Shown here one piece after another: positions 62,595 through 64,000 of a stretch of 64,000 nucleotides of DNA. Both the position numbers and the translations under genes were made by a program. Positions within the stretch are counted from its first letter, which is position 1. Each line of letters opens with the position of its first letter. Under the pieces are notes generated by a model. The model was not told the DNA's origin. It was given only the letters and a program-made list of their open reading frames with translations, and made no database searches. Origin of the DNA: the human T2T-CHM13v2.0 reference genome, Homo sapiens; assembly GCF_009914755.1 (NCBI RefSeq), contig NC_060942.1; one strand, given 5' to 3'.

Positions 62595-64000
62595 TTTTCT
62601 CTGACTTCTAACTCCCATTCCCAGTGAAGCCTTTGCTGGCATGCCTCCCATCTTCCATTCAACAGATGGAACTGATTCTTTCCTTTCACTCCCTTGGCCC
62701 TGGTACACCTCTTCCCCAGGTTTCTTTTAACTGCAGTGACATTTCGTATTTGTAGGTCTGCCTTCCACACTAGGCTGAGAGCTCAAGGTCTTAGCAACTC
62801 CAGTACTTAATAATGATGCTCAATGTATGTTTCCTGGATTAAGTTTCCTGTGTAACTGGCATTATGCTGTCATTTTCCATTCTCCAAATTCAGGATGAGA
62901 GCTTTACTAAGGAACACTATTTATTACAGAATAGAATTTTTTGGAAGAAAGGTTTTCTTTATCATTAAAAAGGGATTTTATTACTACACTATCCAAAACT
63001 TGAAGCCTAAAAATTCCTGGCTTAGACAATTAGAAACAACATATGTAAAAATTTGGTCTAATCATATGAGGTTGGAGTTTTTTAAAGCAACAACTTTGAG
63101 TGGAACAAGAACAAATTTGGAATCACAGAATTTTAGAACTAGAAGTCTGCTTGGAGAAACTAAAGGTCAAGTGCTTTCCTTTTATAATTGAGGAAATATG
63201 TACAAGGTTCCTGATCAGTCAGTGGCGACAGCAAGACTAGAACTCGGCCTCCTGCTTCTTGGTCTCAAACATTATACCATCTGAGAGGGAAAACTAAATC
63301 GCCTATTCTATAAAATAAATGAGATACTCAAATTTCATATGAGCACATAAACATTGACCTAAATTGTGTATCTCAATGTAGTATCAAAGCAAACCCAGCC
63401 CAGGGGAACACAGTGAAGCAACAGAGAGAAGGGCTGGCTTTTAAGTCTATGGGCAGAGTAAGAATTCCAGTGGGACACTAGCTGTGTGCTCCTGATTAAA
63501 CTGCTTGCAGGCAGTTTTCTCATCTGCGATGTGAGAACAGTACTTCTTTCAGAAACTGTTATGAGGATTAAATGAGAACATCAGTGAGAGCATTCTGCAA
63601 ATCATAAATGTTACACAAGTGCCAGATATTAATAAAATATGAAATAGGTATTAGTTTACACTATGTTTTAGTTTACACTGAAAAATACATTCACATGTGA
63701 ATGTGAAAACTAGTCACTACTTCATTATTCTGTTTATCCTTATATCTTTCTCTTGTTTTGATGTTGGCCTTTGCTCTGTGCAAGAGAATTATACCAGCTC
63801 CAAGGTAAGAAAAAGAAAGGGAAATTAGGTCTTATTTGATTATGCAATAATTCAGGTTTTTCTTAGACTCTGTTGTCAGTGACAATAGAAAGAGCTCTTT
63901 AAAATCATCACAAGTATATTACCACCTCACAACTGTGTAACACAGGCAGCTGCTTATGTATTCCAACAGACTACAGGTCTCATACAAGCTTAACGTCAGT

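Overview
This is primate (most likely human) genomic DNA, AT-rich and repeat-dense. It lies entirely inside a minus-strand gene: one 141-nt coding exon (33201-33341) translates to [47 protein letters not shown](G), which I recognise as exon 2 of GAREM1 (FAM59A). The rest is intron. The upstream intron holds three large inserts. (1) A full-length processed HNRNPA1 retrocopy (51800-53544, probably HNRNPA1P7) with a 14-bp TSD, an intact 320-aa ORF, unchanged RRMs and seven amino-acid changes, all in the low-complexity domain. (2) A ~5.7-kb L1PA4/5-type element whose TSD encloses a ~100-bp 3' transduction. (3) A ~3.6-kb L1MA. There are also about 18 Alu/FLAM copies, nested MaLR LTRs, MER DNA transposons, L2/MIR relics and several small local duplications and inversions. 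I see no evidence of a new multi-gene system. The best leads are the possibly coding HNRNPA1 retrocopy, the L1 transduction and a few unexplained local repeats. Family and gene identifications are from memory of consensus sequences, not from database searches.
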